This document shows positions 62,036 to 64,000 of a DNA stretch of 64,000 nucleotides, one piece after another; position 1 is the stretch's first letter, and each line of letters opens with the position of its first letter. The notes beneath the pieces are model-generated. The model saw nothing but the letters and a program-made list of their open reading frames with translations, made no database searches and was not told where the DNA came from. The translations under genes were made by a program, and so were the position numbers. The DNA is taken from positions 224,001-288,000 of the forward strand of contig CAVVLO010000001.1 in assembly GCA_963749155.1 (NCBI GenBank), written 5' to 3'. The stretch comes from an uncultured Armatimonadia bacterium (GTDB lineage: Bacteria > Armatimonadota > Zipacnadia > CAVVLO01).

Positions 62036-62611
62036 CTAAGGGCCCCCAGTCACTTCTAGCGTCTCGTCTGGCGGCAGTGGCTCTCCAAGATCGAGCTCCC
62101 CAAGAGAGCGCAAGGGTTGCCCTTCAATCAGGAGCTGCACCTCGGTCACTTCGTCCAGCTCGCAAAGCGAGTTGACAAGAGAGTAGACGAGGAGATAGGT
62201 CACCTGTTCGCCAGCGGGGAGATTATCGCGGAACTCCCGCGAGAGGTCAATCTCGGCGACTGGACCCTTCAGACTGACCCCCAACAAGCGGGTGCCGGCG
62301 GGCACCAGATTAAGCGCCTCTTCACCTGGCCCTGGACCTGCAAGCAAAGCTTTGGCCAACTCGAGGGGCAAGTTCTCCCGGGGCAGTAGTCGATTGAAAG
62401 CTGTCAATCCGAAGCCGTCTGGGCCTTCAACCGGAAGCCAGAGGGTTGCCTGCACCTGGTCAGGCAAGGGCGGTGGGGGAGGCGGAGGCGGAGGAGGCGT
62501 ACCCAGGAGTCTCCAACCGAGCAGATAGCCGACCAGACTTACGACTGCCAGCACCACCAGCATCGTCCAGAAAGAGGGCCATTTGCTGCGTCTTGGCGCG
62601 TGATAGCTCAT
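62036..62611 (-). CDS. GerMN-domain membrane protein
   Basis: TM helix, poly-Pro linker, LL.GP....L....P.GT..L...VDLS.EF, S.VN.L......V..LIEG; ATGA overlap with the amidase stop. Confidence 0.85.
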   Translation of the reverse strand: MSYHAPRRSKWPSFWTMLVVLAVVSLVGYLLGWRLLGTPPPPPPPPPPLPDQVQATLWLPVEGPDGFGLTAFNRLLPRENLPLELAKALLAGPGPGEEALNLVPAGTRLLGVSLKGPVAEIDLSREFRDNLPAGEQVTYLLVYSLVNSLCELDEVTEVQLLIEGQPLRSLGELDLGEPLPPDETLEVTGGP

Positions 62612-64000
62612 CGGCCCGTCCCCCTGAGCCACTCGTCAACGCCTGCGATAATTGCATCGGCGGCTTTTTGGCGGAAAGCTGGATCGCCGAGCAGCTTCTC
62701 ATCGCGGTCGTGATCGATGTAGCCAAGCTCGAGCAGCAAGGCGGGCATCGCGGTGCAGCGGCAAACGACAAACCGCCTGTTGCGAACGCCTCTGTCGGGC
62801 AGTCCTAGTGCCGCAACGAGCTTCTTGAGCATCAGATTAGCGAAGGCCTGGCTCTGAGGGGTGTTGAAATAGACCTCGGTACCCGAGGCCTGGTTATGGG
62901 CTACAGCGTTGCAGTGGACCGAGACAAAGGCCGAGGCCCCTGCGTTGTTGGCGAAGTAAGCGCGCGAATACAGCTCTACATAAACGTCCTCTTGCCTGGT
63001 CATCAGCACGCGATAGCCTTTGGCTTCCAGTCCCTTGCGCGCTCGTATCAGCACATCGAGGTTGACATCTTCTTCTTCAAGGCCGTGAGCACCAACCGCA
63101 CCAGGGTCGCGACCGCCATGGCCGGCATCCAGCACCACGACAGGGCCTTTGGCTTGCGCAAAGTCGAAAGTCACTTTCAGCAGGCCTGTCTTGGCATCGC
63201 GGACGATATCATATCCGGCCAGCCTGGACGACTTCAACTCCAAAATTACTTCGGAGGCTGGAGCGGGCGCCTGAGAGATGCGCCATCTCTCCAGAGACTT
63301 TTGCTTTAGCTCGGGGGCCGGCGCTTTGAAGCCTGGCGCAAGTTCTGCGCCGTAGAAGGTAAAAGTATAGGTTACTGGATTACTGGTAAGCTTTACTGCA
63401 TAACCGCCAATCGCATCGAAGCGAAGTGAAAAGATGACTTCTTCGCCCTTCTCGGTCAGCTCTACCGACTTGAGCGTGCTACTCGGCGGAGTGGGCGGAT
63501 CCGTCACTTTCGGTAGCGGGGCTGAGAGAGCGCCAGATTTCCCAATTCGCAGGCGTAAAGTGAGGCCTGAGGGGTCAGTTATAACGCTTGTCGAGGCATC
63601 GGCTTTGAGATCAGCCACCAGGCGCACCTTGTCGGGGAAGACAGCGTTCTGGCTTATCCTTACTCTCGAAACCCAGGGCGAATCTACCTGCAGTTCTTCG
63701 GCTGGGCGAGTCCACACAGCACCGTCAATATCGAGAAAGACGCGCAAGGGGTCGCGTAGCACGCCTTTTGTGCTGGTGGTCTTCGCAGAGAGAGGCAAGA
63801 CAAGCTCAACGAAATCGGTGCCGGTTATAACCTGGCAGTCCAGCACTTTCGCGGCCACGGCTACTATTTGGTCCTTGCCGTGGTAACTCAGGCCCAGCAG
63901 CTGCGAGGTGGCCTTGAGGGGCAACTGGAAAATCCCATTGGACAGCTTGCAGGGAGAGGCAAGTTTCAGCGTCTTGCCACTGGAGGTTGTGACCGAAGTA
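62608..64000 (-). CDS. N-acetylmuramoyl-L-alanine amidase (AMIN domain plus Amidase_3); 5' end beyond the window
   Basis: VVLDAGHGG.DPGA, TR..D..V.L..R...AN, FVSVHCNA, P..L.E.GY; AMIN-like DP.R.F.D and VRLV.DL. The frame stays open to the window edge. Confidence 0.9.
   Translation of the reverse strand, partial: TSVTTSSGKTLKLASPCKLSNGIFQLPLKATSQLLGLSYHGKDQIVAVAAKVLDCQVITGTDFVELVLPLSAKTTSTKGVLRDPLRVFLDIDGAVWTRPAEELQVDSPWVSRVRISQNAVFPDKVRLVADLKADASTSVITDPSGLTLRLRIGKSGALSAPLPKVTDPPTPPSSTLKSVELTEKGEEVIFSLRFDAIGGYAVKLTSNPVTYTFTFYGAELAPGFKAPAPELKQKSLERWRISQAPAPASEVILELKSSRLAGYDIVRDAKTGLLKVTFDFAQAKGPVVVLDAGHGGRDPGAVGAHGLEEEDVNLDVLIRARKGLEAKGYRVLMTRQEDVYVELYSRAYFANNAGASAFVSVHCNAVAHNQASGTEVYFNTPQSQAFANLMLKKLVAALGLPDRGVRNRRFVVCRCTAMPALLLELGYIDHDRDEKLLGDPAFRQKAADAIIAGVDEWLRGTGR

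Noticed and set aside
62466..62500. Short G-rich repeat (GGCGGTGGGGGAGGCGGAGGCGGAGG)
   Set aside because: Encodes the poly-proline linker of the GerMN protein on the minus strand.

Overview
A 64-kb, GC-rich bacterial chromosomal segment, mostly housekeeping. In order it carries yidD-yidC-jag, scpBA-trpS, a DHH/CBS tRNA nucleotidyltransferase, lysA, a DinG helicase, guaB, an AddAB-like helicase-nuclease pair, fbaB, a complete F1Fo ATP synthase operon followed by murA, nadD-LCP-rsfS, and amidase-GerMN-murI-rph-rdgB. Interspersed are carbohydrate-type genes: a Gfo / GH-like / 2x URO-D-family / GHMP-kinase operon, PfkB and ROK kinases, a large GH106-like hydrolase and two paralogous ~650-aa DUF6785/6784-type membrane proteins. 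The gene content resembles Armatimonadota-like lineages (inference only). I found no rRNA, tRNA, CRISPR array, transposase or integrase. The standout accessory locus (9053-12990) is a tandem trio of exported serpin-like genes. Their cores and putative reactive-centre loops have diverged, yet they are joined by near-identical 181-bp direct repeats that span each gene junction, which suggests recombinational cassette shuffling. About ten single-base frameshifts in seven genes (including atpD) most likely reflect long-read consensus errors. All family assignments come from motif recognition by eye, not database searches.
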